Below, piece after piece: positions 39,695-47,596 of a stretch of 64,000 bases of DNA; the stretch's first letter is position 1; each line of letters starts with the position of its first letter. The translations under genes were made by a program, and so were the position numbers. The stretch comes from an uncultured Erysipelotrichaceae bacterium. Lineage in GTDB: Bacteria > Bacillota_I > Bacilli_A > RF39 > UBA660. The notes under the pieces were generated by a model. It was not told where the DNA came from. It ran no database searches and saw only the letters and a program-made list of their open reading frames with translations. The stretch is taken from the NCBI GenBank assembly GCA_902778125.1, contig CACYWH010000005.1, positions 6,101 through 70,100 of the forward strand, given 5' to 3'.

Positions 39695-40438
39695 ATGAAA
39701 ATGGAAATAATTGGTCCTTTATTACTGTCTTTTTTAGCAGGTATTAGTACTTTATTAGGCGGGGTTTTAATATTTGCCAGATTTAAAAATATAAATAATT
39801 TTATAGTTTTTTCATTATCTTTTTCTATTTCAATTATGATATTAATATCTATATTTGACTTAATCCCTAACTCATATGTAATTATATATAATAAATATAA
39901 TAATATTGGTATAATATTTTCAATTATTGCGTTTTTATTTGGATATTTTACTATATTATTGTTTAATAAGATTTTTAATTACGATTCATCATTATATAGA
40001 GTAGGGGTAATGAGTGCTATATCACTAATGATTCATAATTTTCCAGAAGGAATAGCAGTATTTATGAGTGGCATTAGTAATATTAATGTAGGGTTAAAAC
40101 TGTTTTTAGCTATAATGTTACATAATATTCCTGAAGGAATATCTATTGCTATTCCGATATATTATGGGAATAATAGCAGAAAAGATGCATTAAAAATAAC
40201 TTTAATATCTGGATTGGCTGAACCAGTAGGTGCACTTATATCGTATATATTTTTAAAAAAATATATTAATTTAATATTTATTTCATTTATTTTATTATTT
40301 GTTTCAGGATTGATGATTTCTTTATCAATTAATGAAATATATGCAGAAATAAGAAAATATACTAATAATACTTTTAAATATTTTGGATATCTAGTTGGAA
40401 TATTAATATTTATATTAATGAATTTATTTTTAAAATAA
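39695..40438 (+). CDS. zupT: ZIP family metal (zinc) transporter
   Basis: HNFPEGIAVF and HNIPEGISIAIP signature helices. 247 aa, 8 TM. Confidence 0.8.
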   Translation: MKMEIIGPLLLSFLAGISTLLGGVLIFARFKNINNFIVFSLSFSISIMILISIFDLIPNSYVIIYNKYNNIGIIFSIIAFLFGYFTILLFNKIFNYDSSLYRVGVMSAISLMIHNFPEGIAVFMSGISNINVGLKLFLAIMLHNIPEGISIAIPIYYGNNSRKDALKITLISGLAEPVGALISYIFLKKYINLIFISFILLFVSGLMISLSINEIYAEIRKYTNNTFKYFGYLVGILIFILMNLFLK

Positions 40439-40448
40439 AAAGTGGTAA

Positions 40449-41792
40449 TTAATACCACAATTTAGTTAAATTTCCATCTTTTTTATAATAATCGTCCATT
40501 AGCATAACCCAATAATATCTATTATAAATTGTTTTTTTAGAATAATCTACTATTACAACTGCAACATATGGTGCATACCATAAACTTTCAGCAACATAAT
40601 ATTTGTCGTTATCTTCGCCCACAATAATTGCAATATGACCACCACTTGGTCCACTTGAACTAAGTAAGTCACCAACTCTTACTTTACCATCATTGATTAG
40701 GGAAGAGGTGAACCTTGTTTTTTCTCCATAGTCAGTCATATCAAGTGATCCATATGCAACTCCAGCACCTACGTCTTTTACATCAAATCCACCATTGTAC
40801 ATAACCCATGTAATAAATCCACTACAATCAAGTCCATTTCTTCTAGTACCATGAGAAGGACCACTATACATGTTACATCCCCATGTTGCGGGACCATATC
40901 TTGAATTTGCAAGGTTATCAAATCTTGAAGAATGTAAAAATAACCCTTTGTGATAATAACGTCCTTCACCATCTATTTTACTTGCAAATGTAAGTCTTCC
41001 ATTTTCTGAAAAATATCTTATCTTATATGGAAACTCAAGTGCTAAAAATCTTGCTGCTTCTACGGCTCCTGCTCTTGTTTGATATCCAACATCATTAATT
41101 CTATCTTTTAAAATCTCATCTAGCAAATCATTTTCTTCTTTTGAATACATATCACAAGTTAAATAACTTTTCTTTAAATCATATTCTTTTGGTCTCTTAG
41201 TAATTAGATCTGTAGAAACAACTAATATTTCAGTGGATTTATCACCATAGTTAGCTGTGACTTTGATATTTCCTTTCTTTTTGGCAGTTATTTTACCATT
41301 TTCATCGACACTTACAACATCACTATTTTCACTTGACCATACTATATTGTCATTAACGTATCCTATAGTAGTATAGGTAAGAGTAGGGGTGTAAGTGCCT
41401 CCTAAAGGAAGATAAATCTTATTTTTATTTGCAGAAATGCTTGTAACTTCACCCAGTTTATTTGTTTCTTCTACTTTAAATATTTTATTGGATTTATTTT
41501 TTAAATATACAGTATATATATTTTCATCAATATCATATGAACAAGTATTATTTTTAGCAAGTTCCCATCTTTCATCATCAATCTTAACTTCTTCACTTTC
41601 GGGAATCATCATACAATATATATCATTATTTAAATTATTTTTATCAATGTCGTAATTTACAAAAATTTTTCCATCCACTAGCCCTACTGACTTTATAAAT
41701 GGAATAGGGGGAGTATTAAATATAGAATACTTTACTGCTGCTACAAAGAAAAAACAAAAAATAAGCAATATAATCGTTAATACCCTTCTCAT
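40449..41792 (-). CDS. Membrane-anchored NlpC/P60 (C40) cell-wall peptidase with Big_2-like Ig domain, paralogue B
   Basis: Same architecture as 38061-39434. WSSENSDVVSVDENGKITAKKKGNIKVTANYGD, GLDCSGFITWVM, SGGHIAIIVG. Shares the C-terminal DGNLT(K/N)(L/M)WY. AGGAGAA RBS. Confidence 0.75.
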   Translation of the reverse strand: MRRVLTIILLIFCFFFVAAVKYSIFNTPPIPFIKSVGLVDGKIFVNYDIDKNNLNNDIYCMMIPESEEVKIDDERWELAKNNTCSYDIDENIYTVYLKNKSNKIFKVEETNKLGEVTSISANKNKIYLPLGGTYTPTLTYTTIGYVNDNIVWSSENSDVVSVDENGKITAKKKGNIKVTANYGDKSTEILVVSTDLITKRPKEYDLKKSYLTCDMYSKEENDLLDEILKDRINDVGYQTRAGAVEAARFLALEFPYKIRYFSENGRLTFASKIDGEGRYYHKGLFLHSSRFDNLANSRYGPATWGCNMYSGPSHGTRRNGLDCSGFITWVMYNGGFDVKDVGAGVAYGSLDMTDYGEKTRFTSSLINDGKVRVGDLLSSSGPSGGHIAIIVGEDNDKYYVAESLWYAPYVAVVIVDYSKKTIYNRYYWVMLMDDYYKKDGNLTKLWY

Positions 41793-41823
41793 TACTTTTC
41801 TCCTATTATATTATTCTTTTACA

Positions 41824-41852
41824 ATTATATCAATTAGTTACATCTATTTCAA
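41824..41852 (-). promoter_or_regulatory. Consensus sigma-A promoter of NlpC/P60 paralogue B
   Basis: Minus strand: TTGAAA (41852-41847), 17-nt spacer, TATAAT (41829-41824). Confidence 0.65.
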
Positions 41853-42104
41853 TTTTTTTCTTTTAAAGATTAATTATCTATGAAGAGGGGAATAGTTATT
41901 TGGAAATGAGATGAATAATTACTCAACTAAACGAATCTCGATTCCAAATAGAAATTCATGTGTAAGTGTATATAATATTATTATTTAATATATATAATTA
42001 AATATAATGATTTATATATTAATAAATTTAAAATTTTATTATATAAATTTATTTAATAATTTAATACTATATATAAAAATATATTAATTATTTAAATAAT
42101 ATAA

Positions 42105-42145
42105 TAAAAAAAGAATAGATATTTTTGATAAATATATATCTATTC
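42105..42145 (-). terminator. Rho-independent terminator downstream of the HTH gene and dif
   Basis: Minus strand: GAATAGATAT-(13 nt)-ATATCTATTC hairpin followed by TTTTTTT. Confidence 0.6.
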
Positions 42146-42164
42146 ATAATATTTTATATATAGA

Positions 42165-42192
42165 AGTTAACATAACATAAATTATCGGAAGT
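42165..42192 (-). other. dif: dif chromosome-dimer resolution site (XerC/XerD target)
   Basis: Minus strand reads ACTTCCGATAA-TTTATG-TTATGTTAACT. B. subtilis dif is ACTTCCTAGAA-TATATA-TTATGTAAACT, giving 9/11 and 10/11 arm identities. The site is intergenic and sits at the switch from plus- to minus-strand gene orientation. Confidence 0.75.
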
Positions 42193-42207
42193 AACTCTAA
42201 TAACAAT

Positions 42208-42975
42208 TTAAACTTTTCTAGATTCAATCTCAGCCATTTTATTTAATACTTCAGATGCATTGTCTTTGTTTATCTCAGTATATCCCAATTCTTTTAATGC
42301 CTGAATTTTAACTGTATTTAATTGTTGAGTTCTACTTAATTTTTCTTCTTTATCATTTTCAATTTCTTGTACAAATCTATTATGGGATTCAGTTAATTTA
42401 GATCTAGATGCTCCTCCATTGTTATATAAATTAAATGCAGTAAATACAATACTTTCTAGTATAAACTGTTTTGTTTCATTAAATTTAAATTCATTTGGAT
42501 TAGTAAATCCAGTTTTCTTAGATAAATATCCAAATATATATTTAATTTCTGGTACGTTATCTAGTGATTGTAGTACATGATACAAATATAAGAATGTATA
42601 ATATGTATCTTTTGTTTTTTCTTCAGTAAATTTTTCTTTGATTAAGAAAATAATATCGTTTAATAATTCTTGCTCTTCTTTAGTTAAATTCTTAAAATTA
42701 AATACTTGAGTATTTAAGTCTTTTACATTTTGATTTAGTTTACTTTCTACATTTTCTAAATATTCACTTGTTACTTTAATTTGTTTTAATGTTTCATCAT
42801 TTCCATCTTCGATATCTAGTAATTTCAATAATAAAATCCTTTTTTCTTGTGGCCATTTATTTAATGAATCTAATTCCAAATAATTATATATCATTTGTCT
42901 AGAAACTCCTAAATATTTAGCTAATTTTACTTTTGAAATACCAAGTTCACTTAATAAGTTATTTAATTCATCCAT
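42208..42975 (-). CDS. XRE-family helix-turn-helix domain protein (255 aa)
   Basis: N-terminal HTH (ISKVKLAKYLGVSRQMIYNYLE). The remaining ~200 aa have no recognised motif. GGAGAG RBS. Confidence 0.6.
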   Translation of the reverse strand: MDELNNLLSELGISKVKLAKYLGVSRQMIYNYLELDSLNKWPQEKRILLLKLLDIEDGNDETLKQIKVTSEYLENVESKLNQNVKDLNTQVFNFKNLTKEEQELLNDIIFLIKEKFTEEKTKDTYYTFLYLYHVLQSLDNVPEIKYIFGYLSKKTGFTNPNEFKFNETKQFILESIVFTAFNLYNNGGASRSKLTESHNRFVQEIENDKEEKLSRTQQLNTVKIQALKELGYTEINKDNASEVLNKMAEIESRKV

Positions 42976-43049
42976 TATGTTTTCTCTCCTCTACTCTATA
43001 ATTACAATATAATTGTATAATACTTTACATTTGCTTGTCAATAGATAAA

Positions 43050-43075
43050 ATAAAAAAACTCAGAATTGAGTTTTA
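43050..43075 (-). terminator. Rho-independent terminator after mnmA
   Basis: Minus strand: AAAACTCA-attc-TGAGTTTT hairpin followed by TTTATTTT. Followed by TTGACA-18-TACAAT, the promoter of the HTH gene. Confidence 0.6.
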
Positions 43076-44167
43076 TTTTAAATACCAAATATCTTTACCA
43101 TCTTTGAATACTTTTTTAATAATGCCACCCATTAGGCATTGTTCTCCTAAATAAATAACACATGCTTGACCAGGAGTTACTGCCTTAACATCAGTGTATT
43201 TAACTTTTAATTCATTATTATCTAGGTATTCAATAGTTACGGGTACATCTTCACTTCTATATCTAAATTTAGCAGTCGCAAATGTTGGACACTTATCTGA
43301 TATGTGATTTACGTTTTCTATTATCGCTTCGTCTGATAGTAAGTATTTAGAATCGCTTCCATATGCTATATATAAAGTGTTTGTTTTTGAGTCTTTACCA
43401 CAAACATAGTGCCTTTTTTCATCTCCTGATAATCCAACATTACGTCTTTGACCAATTGTATAATTCATAAGTCCATTATGTTCCCCTACTTTATTTCCAG
43501 TTTCAACATCTATTATGTCACCTTTTTTGCCTTTTAAATAATTAGAAACAAACTTTTGATAATTTCTTTCTCCAATAAAACATATACCAGTTGAATCTTT
43601 TTTATCTGCTACAGGAATATTATTATCTCTAGCAATCTTTCTAACTTCATCTTTATTTAGATGTCCTATTGGAAATAATACATCTTTTAATTGTTCGGGA
43701 GTAACTTGACTTAAAAAATAAGTTTGATCTTTGTTATTATCACTACCTCTTAATAATCTATTTCCTTCTATTCTAGCATAATGACCAGTAGCAATTTTAT
43801 CAGCACCTAATTTTTTTGCTTCTTTTTTAAATAAATCAAATTTAATATACTTGTTACACATAATATCAGGATTAGGAGTTCTACCCTTCTCTAATTCATC
43901 TAAGAAATATTTGAAAACGTCATCCCAATATTCTTTGATAAAGTCTACTCTATATAATGGAATACCAAGTTCATCACATACATTCTTAGCATCCCTGTAA
44001 TCAAGTTCTTGAGGACAGACACCATCTGTTATACCTTCAACATCATTATTAATATTTGAATCCCAATTTTTCATAAATAAGCCTACAACATCATATCCTT
44101 GTTGTTTTAATAATAAAGCTGCTACTGCAGAGTCAACTCCACCACTAATACCTACTACTACTCTCAT
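43073..44167 (-). CDS. mnmA: tRNA 2-thiouridine(34) synthase
   Basis: PP-loop VVVGISGGVDSAV, ATGHYAR, CFIGE. Start moved to the second ATG (44167), 9 nt after AAAGGAA. Confidence 0.9.
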   Translation of the reverse strand: MRVVVGISGGVDSAVAALLLKQQGYDVVGLFMKNWDSNINNDVEGITDGVCPQELDYRDAKNVCDELGIPLYRVDFIKEYWDDVFKYFLDELEKGRTPNPDIMCNKYIKFDLFKKEAKKLGADKIATGHYARIEGNRLLRGSDNNKDQTYFLSQVTPEQLKDVLFPIGHLNKDEVRKIARDNNIPVADKKDSTGICFIGERNYQKFVSNYLKGKKGDIIDVETGNKVGEHNGLMNYTIGQRRNVGLSGDEKRHYVCGKDSKTNTLYIAYGSDSKYLLSDEAIIENVNHISDKCPTFATAKFRYRSEDVPVTIEYLDNNELKVKYTDVKAVTPGQACVIYLGEQCLMGGIIKKVFKDGKDIWYLK

Positions 44168-44194
44168 ATACATACATTCCTTTCGACATGTACA

Positions 44195-44770
44195 TTATAC
44201 TACAAATTTAATAATATTTGAAGAAATATATATTTCAAATAAACTATTTAATATAAGTGCACCTGATAATATCAAAAATATATAAATATAATTAATAAAA
44301 AATGTTTTATAGTTTATTTGTCTATTATTTCTAAATGCATTATAAGATTTAATAGAAAAATTTAAACTATAATAACATAAAAAAATATATATTATTATAC
44401 TTATTATGCTATTTAAGCTTAAAATTAGGCTATATAAGACTCCTTTTAATCCAAAAGTATAAATTACAGAGGATACAGTAAATCCAAGCGTAATTCCTTT
44501 AAAAGCTACTAAAAGTAATGATAAAAAAGAAAATATAAATATTATTCCAAAAATCCATATTAAAAATCCATATTTTAAGTTATTAAATAAGCTTTTAACT
44601 AATCCTGTACTATAATTAAATTTTCCCGTTTTAAATAAATTGATATAATTAATAATTTCACTTTTAATACCCTTCTTGCTAATTAATATAAAACTAATTA
44701 TTCCCAAAACAAAACCAACTATTAATGCTAAAATTAATATTTTAAATATTCTTGTTTTAATTATTTTCAT
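44195..44770 (-). CDS. SpoIIM/DUF95 family membrane protein
   Basis: 5 TM. AFKGITLGFTVSSVI and SLFEIYISS match B. subtilis SpoIIM FLKGVVVGFTVGFLV and SLFEAYLSP. Confidence 0.55.
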   Translation of the reverse strand: MKIIKTRIFKILILALIVGFVLGIISFILISKKGIKSEIINYINLFKTGKFNYSTGLVKSLFNNLKYGFLIWIFGIIFIFSFLSLLLVAFKGITLGFTVSSVIYTFGLKGVLYSLILSLNSIISIIIYIFLCYYSLNFSIKSYNAFRNNRQINYKTFFINYIYIFLILSGALILNSLFEIYISSNIIKFVV

Positions 44771-44835
44771 ATTAAATTATATTTATTCTTTATTTTTTTA
44801 TTACAATATATTATAATTATTATGAGGTAAAAATT

Positions 44836-44946
44836 ATGGCAAAAAGAAAAAAAAGTGATATATGGAGAAAAATTATTGTATGGGCAATGCTTATAGCAAT
44901 GGTAGCTAGTCTTTTTACATTTGCATTCTCTGCATTATTTAGTTAA
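44836..44946 (+). CDS. Unannotated 36-aa membrane peptide (DUF4044-like)
   Basis: GAGG RBS. Translation MAKRKKSDIWRKIIVWAMLIAMVASLFTFAFSALFS has a basic N-terminus plus one TM, as in DUF4044 peptides of Bacillota. Confidence 0.45.
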   Translation: MAKRKKSDIWRKIIVWAMLIAMVASLFTFAFSALFS

Positions 44947-44962
44947 TTAAAAAAGAGAAATT

Positions 44963-45370
44963 TTATTTCTCTTTTTTATTTGATTTCTTTAAAAGATCTC
45001 TAATTTCTTCAAGTAATAATACTTCACTAGATTTAGCAGGTTTTTCTTCTTTTTTAGCTTCTTCTTTTTCTTTTTTCTTAGTTAGATTAGTTAATTTGTT
45101 AACTGCTTTAACAATAAAGAATACGCATAGTGCAATTATTAAGAAATCTACTACATTTTGAATAAATAAACCATAGTTTAAAACAGTATCATTAATTTTA
45201 ACTGATAGATCACTAAAGTTAATTCCTCCAAGTAGAAGTCCAATTAAAGGCATTAAAATATTATCAACTAGTGAACTTACGATTTTACCAAAGGCACCAC
45301 CAATAATAACACCAACTGCTAAATCAATTACATTTCCTTTAGAAACGAATTCTTTAAATTCTTTAATCAT
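44963..45370 (-). CDS. mscL: Large-conductance mechanosensitive channel
   Basis: [31 protein letters not shown]. Start moved to ATG 45370, after GGAGGAAAAACT. Lys/Glu-rich C-terminal helix. Confidence 0.9.
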   Translation of the reverse strand: MIKEFKEFVSKGNVIDLAVGVIIGGAFGKIVSSLVDNILMPLIGLLLGGINFSDLSVKINDTVLNYGLFIQNVVDFLIIALCVFFIVKAVNKLTNLTKKKEKEEAKKEEKPAKSSEVLLLEEIRDLLKKSNKKEK

Positions 45371-45442
45371 AGTTTTTCCTCCATTCAAATTATACAATAC
45401 TACTAACTATTTTTCTAGTGCATTTTATAATTATTTTTTATA

Positions 45443-45472
45443 TCAAAGAAAAAGAGTTTTAAAAACTCTTTA
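45443..45472 (-). terminator. Rho-independent terminator after tRNA-Lys
   Basis: Minus strand: AAAGAGTTT-tta-AAACTCTTT hairpin followed by TTCTTTG. Confidence 0.5.
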
Positions 45473-45481
45473 TATTTTAAC

Positions 45482-45557
45482 TGGTGGACCGTTAGGGATT
45501 CGAACCCTAGACCCATCGATTAAGAGTCGATTGCTCTACCAGCTGAGCTAACGGTCC
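45482..45557 (-). tRNA. tRNA-Lys (anticodon CUU), CCA encoded
   Basis: GGACCGT/ACGGTCC acceptor stem, ATCGA-CTCTTAA-TCGAT anticodon arm, TAGGG-TTCGAAT-CCCTA T arm. 76 nt. Confidence 0.9.
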
Positions 45558-45627
45558 AGATAAAAATGAATTAAATTTAATTCATTGATATGATTATAGC
45601 ACAACAAAAAGCAAAAATAAAGTTTTT

Positions 45628-46878
45628 TTAATTAATTTTTCCAATAGCTTCACCATTTTTAAGGTTATAATGCTTTTCCTTCAATAAATTTTCTATACTT
45701 ACAACGTTATAGTCTAAGTTATTTAATGCAGGTATTAGTTTTTTTACTGCATCTATACTTTCAATATATGTATCATGCATCAAAACAATACATCCATCAC
45801 ATGCATTTTTAATTACTTCATTATATATTTTATTACTATCTTTATATAACCAATCTTTTGAATCTATATTCCAAAGTATTAACGGATAACCAAATGATAA
45901 TACATTATCGTTATAGTCACCATATGGTGGCCTAATATATTTTAAGTTATCATTAGTAATTTCGTTATATATTATTTCAGTTGAATTAATTTCATTTTCA
46001 ATTTCATTTAAAGGAAGTGTACTTAAATTTTTATGAGAATATGTATGAGATGCAATTTCATTTTTTGAATTATATACATCTAATACTATATCTTCATTAT
46101 ATTTCATTCTATTACCCAGCATAAAAAATGTTGCAGTTGAATTATTTAGTTCAAGTGTTTTTAAAAGTTCACTAGTATATTTTGATGGTCCATCATCAAA
46201 AGTAAAAACTATAAATTTATTGTATTTATAATTATTTGGTTTAACTTCATTTGAAACATTTTCATTTAAACTTATTTCTATATAAGGGGTATAATCAATA
46301 TCATCAAAATTAATATCATAAAAATAAACAATAATCTTATTATCATTTATTATATAAGTATGATTATTAATATTTGAATTTATTATTAAATTATAGATTT
46401 CCTCACTATATTTGTAATATGATAACTCATTAATTTTACTTTCTAAAAATTCTTTCTCATACAAATTAGTTATATATGATAAGCTTTTACTATCTAAATT
46501 AAATATTAAATTCTTATATTTTGTTTTATCAATGCTATTATTTATATTAAAAACAACATTTATATATTCATTAATATAATAAATTTCATAATTAATTGAG
46601 AGTTCTTTTTTTATTAAATCAAATGATTTGAAGCGTTTTACATAATCAAATATATATTCAGAAATTATTTTGTCTATTTTATCATTTTTAAATCTAGGAT
46701 AATGTACATCAATATAAGTAATTTCATCTTCGTAAGAAATAGTTGAATTAATTAATGAGCTTTTAATTTTAAGTGGTTCAGTATAAATAACATTCACTAT
46801 TACGAATAATACTACTAATACAACTGATATATACATAAAAAATCTATAAAAATTATTTCTATAATTTAAAAGTATCAT
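45628..46878 (-). CDS. Membrane-anchored polysaccharide/peptidoglycan deacetylase (PdaC-like)
   Basis: N-terminal TM, ~200-aa unknown domain, then a NodB domain with VFTFDDGP, ASHTYSH and LMHD motifs. Confidence 0.75.
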   Translation of the reverse strand: MILLNYRNNFYRFFMYISVVLVVLFVIVNVIYTEPLKIKSSLINSTISYEDEITYIDVHYPRFKNDKIDKIISEYIFDYVKRFKSFDLIKKELSINYEIYYINEYINVVFNINNSIDKTKYKNLIFNLDSKSLSYITNLYEKEFLESKINELSYYKYSEEIYNLIINSNINNHTYIINDNKIIVYFYDINFDDIDYTPYIEISLNENVSNEVKPNNYKYNKFIVFTFDDGPSKYTSELLKTLELNNSTATFFMLGNRMKYNEDIVLDVYNSKNEIASHTYSHKNLSTLPLNEIENEINSTEIIYNEITNDNLKYIRPPYGDYNDNVLSFGYPLILWNIDSKDWLYKDSNKIYNEVIKNACDGCIVLMHDTYIESIDAVKKLIPALNNLDYNVVSIENLLKEKHYNLKNGEAIGKIN

Positions 46879-46951
46879 AATAGTATCCTTTCATCTTATA
46901 ATTATAATATATCACAAAATCAAAAATATTAAACTCTTTTTTAAAAAAATA

Positions 46952-46980
46952 TTGAAAATGGCTTTTTTTTATGATATTAT
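46952..46980 (+). promoter_or_regulatory. Promoter of the two-tRNA unit
   Basis: TTGAAA (46952-46957), 17-nt spacer, TATTAT (46975-46980). Confidence 0.6.
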
Positions 46981-46991
46981 TAATAAGCGAT

Positions 46992-47068
46992 GGACCTTTA
47001 GCTCAATTGGTTAGAGCATCCGGCTCATAACCGGGCGGTTGTAGGTTCGAGTCCTACAAGGTCCACCA
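46992..47068 (+). tRNA. tRNA with CAU anticodon, probably tRNA-Ile2 (lysidine) rather than elongator Met; CCA encoded
   Basis: GGACCTT/AAGGTCC acceptor stem with C4 and C5, CTCATAA anticodon loop. Overall sequence resembles Bacillus/Mycoplasma tRNA-Ile(CAU). Confidence 0.8.
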
Positions 47069-47076
47069 CTAATTTT

Positions 47077-47161
47077 GCAGGTGTGGCGAAATTGGCAGAC
47101 GCACTAGACTTAGGATCTAGCGGAGCAATCCATGGGGGTTCAAGTCCCTTCACCTGCACCA
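47077..47161 (+). tRNA. tRNA-Leu (anticodon UAG), long variable arm, CCA encoded
   Basis: GCAGGTG/CACCTGC acceptor stem, CTAGA-CTTAGGA-TCTAG anticodon arm. 85 nt. Confidence 0.9.
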
Positions 47162-47176
47162 CTAAGAAATTATTAT

Positions 47177-47198
47177 GCTAACGTATGTTAGCTTTTTT
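47177..47198 (+). terminator. Rho-independent terminator after the tRNA pair
   Basis: GCTAAC-gtat-GTTAGC hairpin followed by TTTTTT. Confidence 0.65.
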
Positions 47199-47245
47199 AA
47201 TTGCCATTAAAAGAATTTAGTGATATATTAATCGTGGTGATTAAT

Positions 47246-47596
47246 ATGAATTCTAATGGAATTGATATTGTAAAAATTGAAAGATTTGATACTTTAAAAA
47301 ATAATTCTTCATTGATGAAATCAATATTTACTGAAAATGAAATTAAATATATTAATTCAAGAAATAACAATTCATCTACTATAGCAGGACTTTATGCTGC
47401 TAAAGAAGCATTTTTAAAAGCAATAAAAAAAGGCATTAATGATTATTCATTAAAAGATATTGAAATATCTCATGATAATAATAATGCTCCTTTTATAATT
47501 TTAAATAATTCGCTAAAAGATAAATATCCTAATTATTCAGTATCAATTTCACATGATGGAGAATATGCTATTGCAAGTGTGATATTATTTAATTAG
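47246..47596 (+). CDS. acpS: Holo-[acyl-carrier-protein] synthase (4'-phosphopantetheinyl transferase)
   Basis: GIDIVKIERF, AAKEAFLKA, SISHDGEYAIASV. Start moved to ATG 47246 because the track start at 47201 directly abuts the tRNA terminator (47177-47198). Confidence 0.85.
   Translation: MNSNGIDIVKIERFDTLKNNSSLMKSIFTENEIKYINSRNNNSSTIAGLYAAKEAFLKAIKKGINDYSLKDIEISHDNNNAPFIILNNSLKDKYPNYSVSISHDGEYAIASVILFN

Noticed and set aside
41888-41960. Purine or c-di-AMP (ydaO) riboswitch upstream of the NlpC/P60 gene
   Set aside because: A three-way junction can be drawn. However, the junction strands and loops lack the purine-riboswitch conserved nucleotides (UAUAAU..., GUUUCUACC, CCGUAAAU), and there are no ydaO ACGGGGA or CCCA blocks. 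The element also lies upstream of the best promoter for the gene.
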